NCBI GenBank assembly: GCA_030390025.1
Contig: JASTWF010000034.1
Coordinates: 1-64,000, forward strand
Length of the DNA: 64,000 nucleotides
Origin: Squalus acanthias
Lineage: Eukaryota
Direction: 5' to 3'
Below, in pieces: positions 37,856-49,985 of the stretch (its first letter is position 1; the number at the start of each line of letters is the position of its first letter). Both the position numbers and the translations under genes were made by a program. Below the pieces are notes generated by a model. It worked only from the letters and a program-made list of their open reading frames with translations. It had not been told where the DNA came from and did no database searches.

Positions 37856-38875
37856 TCTCCTGTAAACTGAATTGATCTTGATCCGAACTGGATTCAATGT
37901 AAGACAATTCGGCGAGTCAGACATCATTCACCCCTAGACCTACATAAAACCCCACACGGTTCCTCAGTAAGGATTCCTCTGGTTCCTAGGCATATATTTG
38001 TCAGGATACTGAAGCCCAGCTTTCTCACAGTCCACTCCTGGAGGCCCCACTCCCTGAGCCTACAACCTTCAGCAGGGTCAGTGCTGGAGTTCCGCAGCGG
38101 GAGTGATCCCAGAGTAACTGTCGGGATCGCACCCTGTGGATGTTCCGGGTCGTGTATTTTTAGTTATCCTGGTGTCTAACACACACACATCAATAAAGCA
38201 GGGAATTCCTGGAAACACGCTGCAGGTCATTCTTTATCTGGAGATCAAATGTCTGTTGTATAATTGTACCAGCAGTTAACAGGCTCCTGTGAACTCCTCC
38301 CTCTGCTATTTTAATGCAGACTTTAACCAACTTATTTTAAATGGGTTAACACCTACCTTAAAATGGTAGACTCAGAACTGTCAGACAAACACGTTAAATC
38401 TTTGTAGAATAATTACCACAGTCATTTTTAGACTGGAAACTTAAACCTGCCGTTTCACTTTCAGTCAGGAACAGATCGCAGTTTGACACCAATCTCTGAT
38501 TTGACAGCACGTTTCCAGCATTCACCGTTGTTCTTCCTGACTCTAAACACAGTTGTAAAGGAGTCTTCTGTTCCATGCCTAGGAGCTCTGAACCATGGGA
38601 GAGAGCGGCTGGGACACATTTCTTACAGGCCTCAAGATTAACCCACATGGGGACTTTGCTGTCAGTGAAGAGAGATGAGAAATCTACAACAAGGTGTTGA
38701 AACCAAAGCCGAGTTATTTGACATATATCCAGAATATTAAACTCCAGCCCAGTTATTGGGGTTATTAACATCAGCAGAAACAAACCCCAACTGTCAGAAT
38801 AAACATGGTTCAGTCCTGGATGTGATTAACAGCAGCAATAACAGCAGAATCCAACCCCTGCAGTCACATGTGAAC

Positions 38876-39970
38876 TCACTGGTGTCTCAGCAGGGTGGAT
38901 GACCGAGTGAATCTCTTCCCACACACTGAGCAGGTGAACGGCCTCTCCCCAGTGTGAATAGGTTGGTGTTTCAGCAGATAATTTCTGCTTTTAAAGCTTT
39001 TCTCACAGTCAGAACATTTAAAAGGTCTCTTATTGGTGTGAACAAATTGGTGTGAAGTGAGGTGGAATGAGTGAGTGAATCCCTTCCCACACATGGTGCA
39101 GGTGAACGGCCTCTCCCCAGTGTGGGTGCGCTGGTGTACAATGAGTTCAGATGATCGCCTGAACCCAGTCCCGCAGTGAGAGCACCTGAACGGTCTCTCG
39201 TCAGTGTGAGCACGTTGATGGAATGTCAGTTCCCTGGAACTTTTATAGCACTTCCCGCAGTCCGAGCATTTAAAAGGTCTCTCGTCAGTGTGAACTCGCT
39301 GGTGTGTCAGCAGGTTGGATGAATTAGTGAATCCCTTCCCACACTCGGAGCAGGTGAACGGCCTCTCCCCGGTGTGAGTGCGTTGGTGTCTCAGCAGACC
39401 ACTTGCACTTTTAAAGCTCAGCTCACACTGAGAACATTTAAAAGGTCTCTTATCAGAGTGAACAAGTTGGTGTTTCCGTAGGGTGGAAGAATGAGTGAAT
39501 CCCTTCCCACACATGGAGCAGGTGAACGGCCTCTCCCCAGTGTGAACATGCCGGTGTGTCAGCAGGTTGGATGACCGAGTGAATCCCTTCCCACACACGG
39601 AGCAGGTAAACGGCCTCTCCCCGGTGTGACTGCGTCGATGAATATCCAGCTCGGACAGGCAACTGAATCCCTTCCCACAGTCCTCACATTTCCACGGTTT
39701 CTCCGTGGTGCGGGTGTCCTTGTGTCTCTCCTGGTCGAACGATCAGTTGAAGCCTCGTCCACACACAGAACACGTGCACGGTTTCTCCCCGCTGTGAACG
39801 GTGCGATGTTTTTTCAGGCTGTGTAACTGGTTAAAGCTCTTTCCACAGTCAGTGCAGTGGAACACTCTCACTCGGGTGTGTGTCTCGGTGCTTTTCCAGT
39901 CACAATGATGTTTGAAATCTTTTTGAAAATGTTGAGACACCCGCTGTGTGCAGAGTGAGAATAAAATCAA
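38876..39970 (-). CDS. ZNF-E: about 10 open C2H2 fingers downstream of an in-frame TGA (39745-39743); start uncertain, possibly a pseudogene
   Basis: ORFs 39743..39970 and 38876..39598 are in the same frame. ACG at 39706 lies in ACCACGG context. The last finger is cut by a TGA. Confidence 0.62.
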
Positions 39971-39989
39971 TGAGTCAATGATTGTCTCT

Positions 39990-40450
39990 CCTGGTCACTG
40001 GAGATGGCCACGCAGGCGCCGTGATCCCGGCCTGTCCAAGATGGCGGCCAGTGACCCCGCTGACCCGGGCGGCCGGGCCTGTCACCGCGGGGCAAACACG
40101 GGGCCTGTGGGCTCTTATTCGGGGCCTGAGGCCTACACCGGGTGTTGATGAAGCTTCGCAGCCCACCCGCGGGTCCAATTCCTCCCCGAGCCCACAATCT
40201 CCTGCAGCCTCCCGGGAGCGTGTCTTCCGCTTCAGACCATCGCCAACACTCACACAGCGCATGCTCAGAGCACAGCCCAGTCCCGCGCCTGTGCACTGGG
40301 TTCCTGTAGTCATTGATAGGGCACATTCTGCCACGCGGAGGATTCTGGGCAAACACCCCGCCATTGAAAGATCCAATTGGGGACCAGAACATATTTTATC
40401 ATCCCATCGAGATTGGGGCCGGAGTGGCAATAAACAAAATTAATTATTAA
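39990..40450 (-). promoter_or_regulatory. ZNF-E promoter / first exon
   Basis: AAGATGGCGGC (YY1), GCGCATG and CCAAT; inverted paralog of 54290-54800. Confidence 0.6.
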
Positions 40451-40464
40451 ATTATACAGAAACC

Positions 40465-41512
40465 CACATGCGAAGTGATACATTTTGGTTGAAAGAATGG
40501 GGAGAGGACATATAAACTAAATGGTACAATCCGAAAAGGGGTTGCACGAACAGAGTTTATGTGCACAAATCGTTGAAGGTGGCAGGGCAGGTTGAGAAAG
40601 CAGTTCAAAAGGCTTACGGGAGCCTGGCCTTCATGAATAGAGGTCATGATGCGGAGATGCCGGCGTTGGACTGGGGTGGACAAAAATGAGAAGTCGCACA
40701 ACACCAGGTTATAGTCCAACAGATTTATTTAAAATTACAAGCTTTCGGAGCTATCGCCCCTTCCTCAGGTAAAATTACAATGAGTGAATCTACAAAAGTT
40801 CACAGAATATAAACACTGCAGTTTCTGTGTTTATATTCTGTGAACTTTTGTAAATAAATCTGTTGGACTATAACCTGGTGTTGTGCGACTTCTCATTTTC
40901 ATGAATAGAGGTATACAGTACAAAAGTGTGGAAATTATGATGAACCTGTATAATACACTGGTTTGGCCACAACTGGAGTATTGTGTCCAATTCTGGGCAC
41001 CACACTTTAGAAAGGATGTGACGGCCTTAGAGAGGGCGCAGAAAAGATTTACAAGAATAATTGCAGGAAAGAGGGACTTCGGTTACGTTGATAGACTGGA
41101 GAAGCTGGGGTGGTTCTCCTTAGAGCAGAGAAGGTTGAGAGGAGATTTGATAGAGGTGTTCAAAATCACGAGGGTTCTGGACAGAGTAGATAGAGAGAAA
41201 CTGTTCCCATTGGCGGAAGGGTCGAGACCAGAGGACACAGATTTAAGGTGATTGGCAAAAGAATCAAAGGCGACATGAGGAAAAACTTTTTTATGCAGCG
41301 AGTGGTTCGGATCTGGAATGCACTGCCTGAAAGGGTGGTGGAGGCAGATTCAATCACGGCTTTCAAAAGGGAATTGGATGAGTACCTGAAGGAAAGAAAC
41401 TTGCAGGGCTACGGGGAAAGGGTGGGGGAGTGGGACTAGCTGAAGTGATCTTGCAGAGAGCCGGCACGGGCTCGACGGGCTGAATGGCCTCCTTCTGTGC
41501 TGTAACCATTCC
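40465..41512 (+). mobile_element. CR1 LINE 3' fragment
   Basis: PQLEYCVQFW and FFMQRVVRIWN motifs. Confidence 0.82.
40645..40897 (-). mobile_element. Short Penelope-type foldback element with a second-family hammerhead (40735-40772)
   Basis: 15-bp TSD TTCATGAATAGAGGT (40630-40644 and 40898-40912); 48-bp inverted repeat; minus-strand TTAC-CTGAGGA-A-GGGGC-GATA-GCTCC-GAAA-GCTT-GTAA. Confidence 0.8.
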
Positions 41513-41974
41513 ATGCCCGGGCCCTCGGACATCGTGCGAAGTACGCTGGCCGCCACTTTAACTGGTACCTAAGGCCCCGCCCAGTCTGGTTTAATTGCTA
41601 AATGTTTACTAACTATGTTTTCGAACTTCAGTGCAGACCTTTTATTCAGAGGGAGAATTCCGAGGTCCCATTTTTTGTATGTCTTACTTGAATAAACTGG
41701 CAGCAATTTCTTTTCAAGGTGAAAAGATGTGAAAAACGCCACGAACGATCCATGAAAACACATGGGACAGAGAAATCCGCTTCATCAGCACACCTGCCAG
41801 CGGACTCAATATACACCTGCTCCACCACTGGTGCACTGTGTCTGCAGTATGTATGGTCTACAAAGATGACAAGGTCAGGCCATGTGGGGTCAAGGGCCAG
41901 GTAACAGAATGGATGGAAAGATGGCTACAAAACAGAATTCAGAGGGTAGGAGTTAAGGGATGTTTCTACGGTGT

Positions 41975-42330
41975 GAATTAATGCTTGGACCTTCCGCCAG
42001 GGATGGCGTAATGCTCCAGTTTATGGGGTCACAGAGGTGGATTAATGTTTGGGCTGACAGTGCCCTTACCCAGGGAGAGGATTAATGCTCGGGACTACAG
42101 GATCCTTACACAGGGGGTGGATTAATGCTCGGGCCTAGGGACCCCTTCCCCGGGGGTCAATTAATGCTCAGGTCTCCGAGACACTTATTCAGGGGGTGCA
42201 TTAATGCTCGGGTCTCCGAGACACTTATTCAGGGGGTCCATTAATGCTCGGGCCTACGAAGCCCTTGTCCAGGGATCGATTAATGCTCAGGCCTCCGAGA
42301 CCCTTACCCATGGTATGGATTAATGCTCAT
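41975..42330. repeat. Degenerate 40-bp tandem repeat, about 9 copies
   Basis: ATTAATGCTCGGG recurs about every 40 bp. Confidence 0.85.
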
Positions 42331-42419
42331 AAGAACATAAGAAATAAGAGCAGCAGTAGGCCATAGGGCCCCTCAAGCCTGCTCCACCATTCAATAAGAT
42401 CATGGCTGATCATCGACCT

Positions 42420-43975
42420 GAGCGCACTGGATACAGCCAAGGCTATGGGCCCCGACAACATCCCGGCTATCGTGCTGAAGACTTGTGCTCCAGAACTAGC
42501 CAAACTGTTCCAGTACAGCTACAACACTGGCATCTATCTGACAATGTGAAAAACTGCCCAGGTATGTCCTGTCCACAAAAAGCAGGACAAATCCAATCTG
42601 GCCAATTACCACCCCATCAGTCTACTCTCAATCATCAGCAAAGTGATGGAAGGTGATATCGACAGTGCTATCAAGCGGCACTTACTCACCAATAACCTGC
42701 TCACTGATGCCCAGTTTGGGTTCCGCCAAGACCATTCAGCTCCTGACCTCATTACAGCCTTGGTCCAAACATGGACAAAGGAGCTGAATTCCAGAGGTGA
42801 GGTGAGAGTGACTGCCCTTGACATCAAGGCAGCATTTGACCGAGTGTGACATCAAGGAGCCCTAATAAAACTGAAGTCAATGGGAATCGGGATGGGGGGG
42901 GGGGGCGGGGAGGGGGAACTGTCCACTGGCTGGAGTCATACCTAGCACAAAGGATGATGGTTGTGGTGGTTGAAGGTCAATCATCACAGCCCCAGGACAT
43001 CACTGCAGGAGTTCCTCAGGGCAGTGTCCTAGGCCCAACCATCTTCAGCTGCTTCATCAATGACCTTCCCTGCAACATAAGGTCAGAAATGGGGATGTTC
43101 GCTGATGACTGCAGTTCAGTGCCATTCGCAACTCCTCAGATAATGAAGCAGTCCATGCCAGCATGCAACAAGACCTGGACAACGTTCAGGCTTGGGCTGA
43201 TAAGTGGCAGGTAACATTCACGCCACACAAGTGCCAGGCAATGACTATCTCCAACAAGCGAGAGTCTAACCACCTGCCCTTGACATTCAATGGCATTACC
43301 ATCGCCGAATCCCCCACTATCAACATCCTGGGGGTTACCATTGACCAGAAACTTAACTGGACCAGCCACATAAATACTGTGGCAAAAAGAGCAGGTCAGA
43401 GGCTAGGTATTCTGCGGTGAGCGTCTCACCTCCTGACTCCCCAAAGCCTTTCCACCATCTACAAGGCACAAGTCAGGAGTGTGAAGGAATACTCTCCACT
43501 TGCCTGGAAGAGTGTAGCTCCAACAACACTCAAGAAGCTCGACACCATCCAGGACAAAGCAGTCCGCTTGATTGGCACCCCATCCACCACCTTAAACATT
43601 CACTCCCTCCACCACCGGCGCACCGTGGCTGCAGTGTGTACCATCTACAAGATGCACTATGGCAACTCGCTGAGGCTTCTTCGGCAGCACCTCCCAAACC
43701 CGCGACCTCTTCCACCAAGAAGGACAAGGGCAGCAGGCGCATGGGAACACCACAACCTCCAAGTTCCCCTCCAAGTCACACACCATCCTGACTTAGAAGT
43801 ATATCGCCGATCCTTCATCATCGCTGGGTCAAAATCCTGGAATCCCTCCCTACTGTGGGAGAACCTTCACCACACGGACTGCAGTGGTTCAAGAAGGCGG
43901 CTCACCACCACAATTAGGGATGGGCAATAAATGCTGGCCTTGCAGTGACGCCCACATCCCATAAACAAATTAAAA
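42420..43975 (+). mobile_element. CR1/L2-group LINE (second family), degenerate RT to 3' end
   Basis: [25 protein letters not shown] and EYSPLAW motifs; tail GGGCAATAAATGCTGGCC. Confidence 0.8.
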
Positions 43976-43979
43976 AAAC

Positions 43980-44552
43980 CTCCACTTTCCCGCCCAATCC
44001 CCCTTGATTCCCCTAGAATCTGAAAATCTATCTATCGCAGCCTTGAACATATTCAAAAACTCAGCATCCACAGCCCTCTGGGGCAGAGAATTCCAAAGAT
44101 TCACAACCCTCTGAGTGAAGAAATTCCTCCTCATCTTGGTCTTAAATGGCCTGCAACTTATCCTGAGACTATGCCCCCTAGTTCTAGACACTCCAGCCAG
44201 GGGAAACAACCTCTCAGCATCTACCCTGTCAATCCCCTTCAGAATCTTGTATGTTTCAATGAGATCACCTCTCATTCTTCTAAACTCCAGAGAGTATAGG
44301 CCCATTCTACACAATCTCTTATCATAGGACAGCCCTCTCATCCCAGGAATCAATCTAGTGAAGCTTCGTTGCACTGTCTCCAAGGCAAGTATATCCTTCC
44401 TAGATAAGGAGACCAAAACTGTGCACAATACTCCAGATGTGGTCTCACAATTGTACAATTGTAACAAGACTTCTTTACTCTTATACTCCAACCCCCTTGC
44501 AATAAAGGCCAACATGCTATTTGCCTTCCTTATTGCTTGCTGTACCTGCATG
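43980..44552 (-). mobile_element. CR1 LINE 3' fragment abutting the ERV 5' LTR
   Basis: ORF2 C-terminal motifs; same subfamily as 30350-30900. Confidence 0.85.
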
Positions 44553-45062
44553 TGTGGAAGTGCAGTTTTTGTCTCGGACAACATGGCTTCCTTGAATTTA
44601 AACTGATACAAAATGGCCGACTCTGACTTGTTTGGAAAGCAGGAATCCGTTGTTATGTTTCTCATTTAAACTTGCAGACTATGTTGTTTTGCATTGTACA
44701 GAACATAACAGGCTTCTTCTAATCAACTTGAGATTTAACCAAGGGCTAGTGAAGTAAACAACCAGGCGCCTTGGCCTTGGTGAGAGAAGAACAGACAGAC
44801 AGACTCCATCATGTCGAGATTAGTTAGTCTCACCGTAAGGCATTTCTATGTTGTTTTATCTTTTAACTTAGCTTACCTTAAACAACATGTCATGTGATTG
44901 TATTATCAGTGTATAAGAATACTCCATTTTCTGTGATTTTTCAGTCTGTCATCGTAGCTAATTGGGCTATGGTTGCATTCTCCTTGCAAGTAAAATATAA
45001 TAATAAAGCCTTCTTTGACGATATTGTTTAAAGAGTCTTACTCGGAAGTCGAAACTTCAACA
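44553..45062 (+). repeat. ERV 5' LTR
   Basis: Starts TGTGGAAG, ends CTTCAACA; TATAAG at about 44912 and AATAAA at about 45002; homologous to 52103-52634. Confidence 0.9.
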
Positions 45063-45070
45063 GTATTTCT

Positions 45071-45088
45071 TGGAGGTTCCGCCGAGAT
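45071..45088 (+). promoter_or_regulatory. Primer-binding site, tRNA-Gln
   Basis: TGGAGGTTCCGCCGAGAT matches the complement of the vertebrate tRNA-Gln 3' end (TGGAGGTTCCACCGAGAT, as recalled) at 17 of 18 positions. Confidence 0.78.
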
Positions 45089-45811
45089 CGCTTGCTACCT
45101 TTCGGTAAGTCACGGACAAAAGACACCATGAATTTCTAGTGACAAATCCTGAATGGCCACAGTGATGTTTTATCACAAAAAAAAAGGATTTCTCATTAGA
45201 TGAATTGGTGTGGTCTGTTTCTTCCGACGGGAGCACTGTGATTGTTAAGACTTGTGTTTGAGTTGAATCTTGTAGCTTTTGATTTTTAACGTTACAAAAA
45301 AGGGAGGATACTGACAGCTCAAGTTTCAAAACTATCGGGCAAAGGAGGCAAGGGAAAAAGTCGACAGGGTTGTATCCCGGACTGAGTAAAGGTACCAGGT
45401 TATGAGAAAGCGCTGAGATTAAAACTGCAGTATCAAGGGTGGGTCCCTTGAGACGTGAGATTAAAACTGCAGTATCAAGGGTGGGTCCCTTGAGCCGTGA
45501 AAAGAAAACTGAGAATCTCGCGGCAGAGTATAGAGTATAAGTTAAATGTTAAGGACTCAGTTTGTAGTGGAGAACAATGCAAAACTGAGAATTGACTATT
45601 TGTTTAGTTTAAAGTATAAGGTTAAATGTTTGATTACTTGATTTGTTTGCCTGTTTGGGCTTTTACATCTTACTTATAATTGTCTTGATTGTTGTTAGTT
45701 CTTGTTATTGTCTTGTAGAACTTTGGATGGTCAGAAATAATCGTAAGGGGGTAAAGGGTGAAACTTGCGATTTAGAAGAAGAGTGCCTAGTATAATTAAA
45801 ACTTTACTAAG

Positions 45812-46234
45812 ATGGGAGCTTCACAGAGTAAGACCCAGAAAAAGGAACTCCAGCTTTTTACATCTTCCAGAACTGTGGTCGGACATCCACAAGGGATTTG
45901 TCTGATTGGTCTAAATGGACCAAGAATGACAAACACCCGTTCCCCATTGATGGAACTTTTAACCTAGACAGAATTACATGTCTAGAGGACTGTCTCGCAA
46001 ATTGGAATGACCAAAGAAAACTACCAGATTCCTTTAATCAATGCCCTCGTAAATGGTCTCAGAACAGAACTTAAAGAACCACTGACTCTAGTCTGCCTAG
46101 ATTGGAGACATAAAACAGCTCCTGAATTAACACAAATTCTGAAAGGAATTCAGGAGAGAAATAGGGACCAAAAGAATAAAGTTTCCCTCTTAATGGAGCA
46201 AGCAGCTTCCGCAACACCGACGGACCAGAATTGA
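45812..46234 (+). pseudogene. gag: gag remnant (matrix fused to a capsid C-terminal piece)
   Basis: MGASQSK myristoylation-type start, frameshift to PEKGTPA...WTK...FPIDGTFNL, then LVNGLRTELK...LDWR. Confidence 0.6.
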
Positions 46235-49200
46235 AATCTGAAACTCAAGCAAAAAAAAGAAGGGATTTGGAAAGCCAGGAAAAGCTGCTGAGAAAAGTTT
46301 TACCGGCATGGAAGTTATTAATGTCTGTGCCGAGATAAAAGCTAAGATACAAGATTTGTTGAGTGAAAGGAATCTTAAAAGGAATACTGGGATCTCAGTT
46401 GTGTGAAAGTGTGAGTGAAAAGTGTGAAAAATTTCTGGCTGTGAATGTTTAAGTTTGTTAAGTTACAGTATTTTGTCTGAAAAAAAATCTGCCTAAAAAA
46501 AGGTGTCTGTCATTTTGTTTATGTTTTAGCTCCACCCACTCTTTTGTACAGAGAGTTAAAAGCTGTTTAACTCTTTGAAGACTTGTCTTGAATGATAATT
46601 TAGCGTGTGTTGGTTTAAGTTTGTTAATTGTTTTACAAAAGAGGTATAAGCTTCAGCCTTGAAGTCACAGTTGCCAATGTGCCTGGAAAGAAAATTAATT
46701 TGAATGTTTACAAGGCATGGGTAATTGTTTCTTTGTTAATGTGACTATGGTTTCTTTCTTTTCCAACTGACACTGGTTAGTTTTTTTTAAAAATTGATCT
46801 GGATTGAATTGGAGTCATTGAGGTTAATTAACCTATTAAAAAAACCAGACTTTCATTGTGCACGGTGAAATTCTGGTTGGTGTAAATTTGTGTAGACCAC
46901 ATTGAATAAGATATTTAATGGTCTGAAACCAGATTTTGAAATATTTACAGTCTTGGATTTTGGAAAGACATCTGAAGAAAGGACAGTAAGAAATATGATG
47001 TAATTTACTGGTTCTGCAAGCATGTGCTATTTTGTTTTGTTTTATCTGTTCTGTTCGTGTTTAGTTAAAGTGTGAAAACACAACTGTCTTTTTCGATCGG
47101 GAAAGTTTTTTTTAAAATTTACGTAAAGTGACGCAATTGCGTGCGCCTGACAATGTTTCGCTCCACCTTCTTAAAAACCTGCAAAGGAGTTAACCCTTTC
47201 CACTGACAGCTGATTAAGCTCACCAAGCAACAAATTTAGTATGAAACTTAAAAGATATTGGACATTATTAATTTTAAGTTAATATTTCCCCACAGTGACA
47301 GAAGGAAAATTATGATTTGATAAATTAACCCCTTGGGCTCTAACCAGGGTCACAATGGAGTCTCTTCTTTCCTTTGTTATATGGAAGTTACCCTGTAAAC
47401 TAATTGCAGCACTTCTGTCTCTAATGTTAAAACACTGTGTAAGCCACCTAGCCTGGAAATCATTTGTTTCTGAAATTGGAAATGGAAGATAAATTGATAG
47501 AAATGAAATTGAACATTGACAAAACTTGTCAGTTCAACAGTACTGCTGTTTGGATTTTGGGATAATTTTGAAATAACAAAATGGACTCAGGCACTATATA
47601 TATATTGGGTTACTTTTGGGAAAATAAAAGATCCTCTAAAATAATGATAAATAAAAAAGTTTTAATAACTTGGACCAAGTGAGAATGTTTGATCTATGTT
47701 TTCAATCTTAAATATTGTACTGGACAGTAAAGTTCCTCCAGGGCTCATGAATGAGATATGAATAGTAATTAAAGGGATGTGTAAAATGGAGAGAGGACGT
47801 GATTGAAGGTGTAAGATTGAAACAGGAGAATTACACTGCTGAATGGGAATTTTAAAAACTTGCTAGTGAAAGTCAGGAAAGCGTAGCTAAGAATAGTAAA
47901 TTGATCGCTTTCTCTTGGAGACATTTGTGTCCCTGCCTATAATGAACTTTTAAGAAAACTGAATTTGATAGCCTGGCCACTACCCAAGACATCGGGACCA
48001 TGCAGAGGAAGATGAACAAAGACAATCTTTTGATAAGATACCTGAAAGCCCGAGAAAGGCACATGTGGCATGATATTGAGATACCGGTACGAGTGTGCAA
48101 ATGTGATTTGTTACGTATGAAGCAATTACCATCTGGAAATGTATGTTGAATTTGCACTGAAGAACGGGTCTCAGACATGCTCAGTTACTTGACAACAGCA
48201 AAACATGAAATGGTTAATGTGGCTCAGGAGAGCGAGACAACTTTTAAAGCATTGACACAAACTCCATCGAGAAACTATCTAATTAATGAAACAATCAGAA
48301 TAGAGACACTGGTACCTGTTAGAGGGATTGAAATTGAAGTTGAAGTGGAGAGTTACCTGGAATCTGGATTGGGACAATTGAGGGTTAAGGAAAAATCATG
48401 TTTAGTAAGAACTATCCACAATATGGATACGAGTAAAAGAGCGATCTGGAGAATCTTTTAAGTCCATGATTTGTTGATTAGATGTTAAACTGTAATGTTG
48501 CTTGAAATGATTGTAAGACTGAATTTAACTGTGACTGTAATAATTGTGTTTTGTAGGTAACAGAGCGTGGGAAAAACCAGTGCGAATCCAGTATGAGGTG
48601 GTTTTGGTGGTGCCTCCTGTGTCACTACTACTGCAACTACCATGCTTTACGGGTCTAACAGGACCTGTCCCATCAACCAACACATTTTACATAATATCGA
48701 AACCTATGCTCAAGTGAAACGGACAGTAAATGAGGTACTTAAGTATGAGCTGCACAATTATGTGGCACAATTCGGATACGACATTCCCCTGTTGTCTAAA
48801 GTTATCAGTGAGCTCATGATGCGACTGAACTCCTCCCTAAAGCATTTTTATGTTCTGAAGCAAGACAACTCGAGAATAGATATTGAAATTGACAGCATGG
48901 GGACAACTGGGCTTAATATATCAGCACACACTTAGATTTGTATTATTTCACACGCTCTGGTAGTTCTCCAACTTGTAATGATAGTGTATTTGATATATGT
49001 AACCTATGTAGTAAGATACACAAGCCAATTGGGTACTCATGCCCATGACTAACCAGCACAAACAAATTGAGCACACCGAAAGAGAAGATCCGAAGCAATG
49101 TAGAGGAGACCCCAGGCGGGGTAACATCAGGAAAGATAGAAGAAACAGAGGATACCCCAGGCGGGGCAGAATTGGAACACCGGAATGGACTATTGGAAGG

Positions 49201-49344
49201 GAGAAATCTTCAAGACTCCCTACTAACTAACGCCCAAGTTGAAAGAGAGCAATAAGAACTAACTAGATTAGTCAAGAGCCGATTGTGAGAAGTCAATAAG
49301 GGTTATTTCCTTCTCAAAGAAGGGAATTGTAAGAAATAGCTGTT

Positions 49345-49985
49345 AGATTCAAAGATGGGTTGAAGCTTTTCCATGCAAAAAGAATGATGCTGTAACAGTT
49401 GCAAAGTGTTTGTTAAAAGAAATCATACCAAGGTTTGGAATACCTATGCAACTTTCATGCGACAACGGATCACATTTTACTGGAATGATCATAAAGGAAC
49501 TATGTAAGGCTTTGCAGATTAATCAGCATTTCCACTGCAGTTATCATCCGCAATACTAGTAGAAAGATATAACGGAATGCTGAAGAATAAACTTTCTAAA
49601 CTTTGCAATGAAACTGGACTAAAATGGGTCGAACTGTTACCCTTAGCATTGATGGTAATGCGAGCAGCAACTAACAAGGCAACTGGACTGTCGCCACATG
49701 AGATTGTTATGGGACGACCCCAAAGGCTGCCATTCTCAGCACCCTTTACGGTTAAACAAATGGACATTCATAAAATGGATGAAAATATGCTAAACTATTG
49801 CATTGCATTAACTAGATGTATTTCCAGCTTTCACCAACAGGTAAAGGAAGCTCAAACGGAACTGGCCGAAGGAAAGTGCCATAATTTGGAACCAGGAGAT
49901 GACGTCTACATAAAGGTCTTTAAGAGGAAGAACGGTCTGCAGCCACGCTTTGAAGGGCCATATCAAGTACTCTTGACAACAAATT
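49345..49985 (+). pseudogene. pol: Integrase C-terminal half
   Basis: RWVEAFP, IIPRFGIP, CDNGSHF, YHPQ / frameshift / VERYNGMLK, GLSPHEIVMGRP, FEGPYQVLL. Confidence 0.88.

Noticed and set aside
45414..45494. Tandem duplication of about 43 bp in the ERV leader
   Set aside because: A common feature of retroviral leaders; no further signal.
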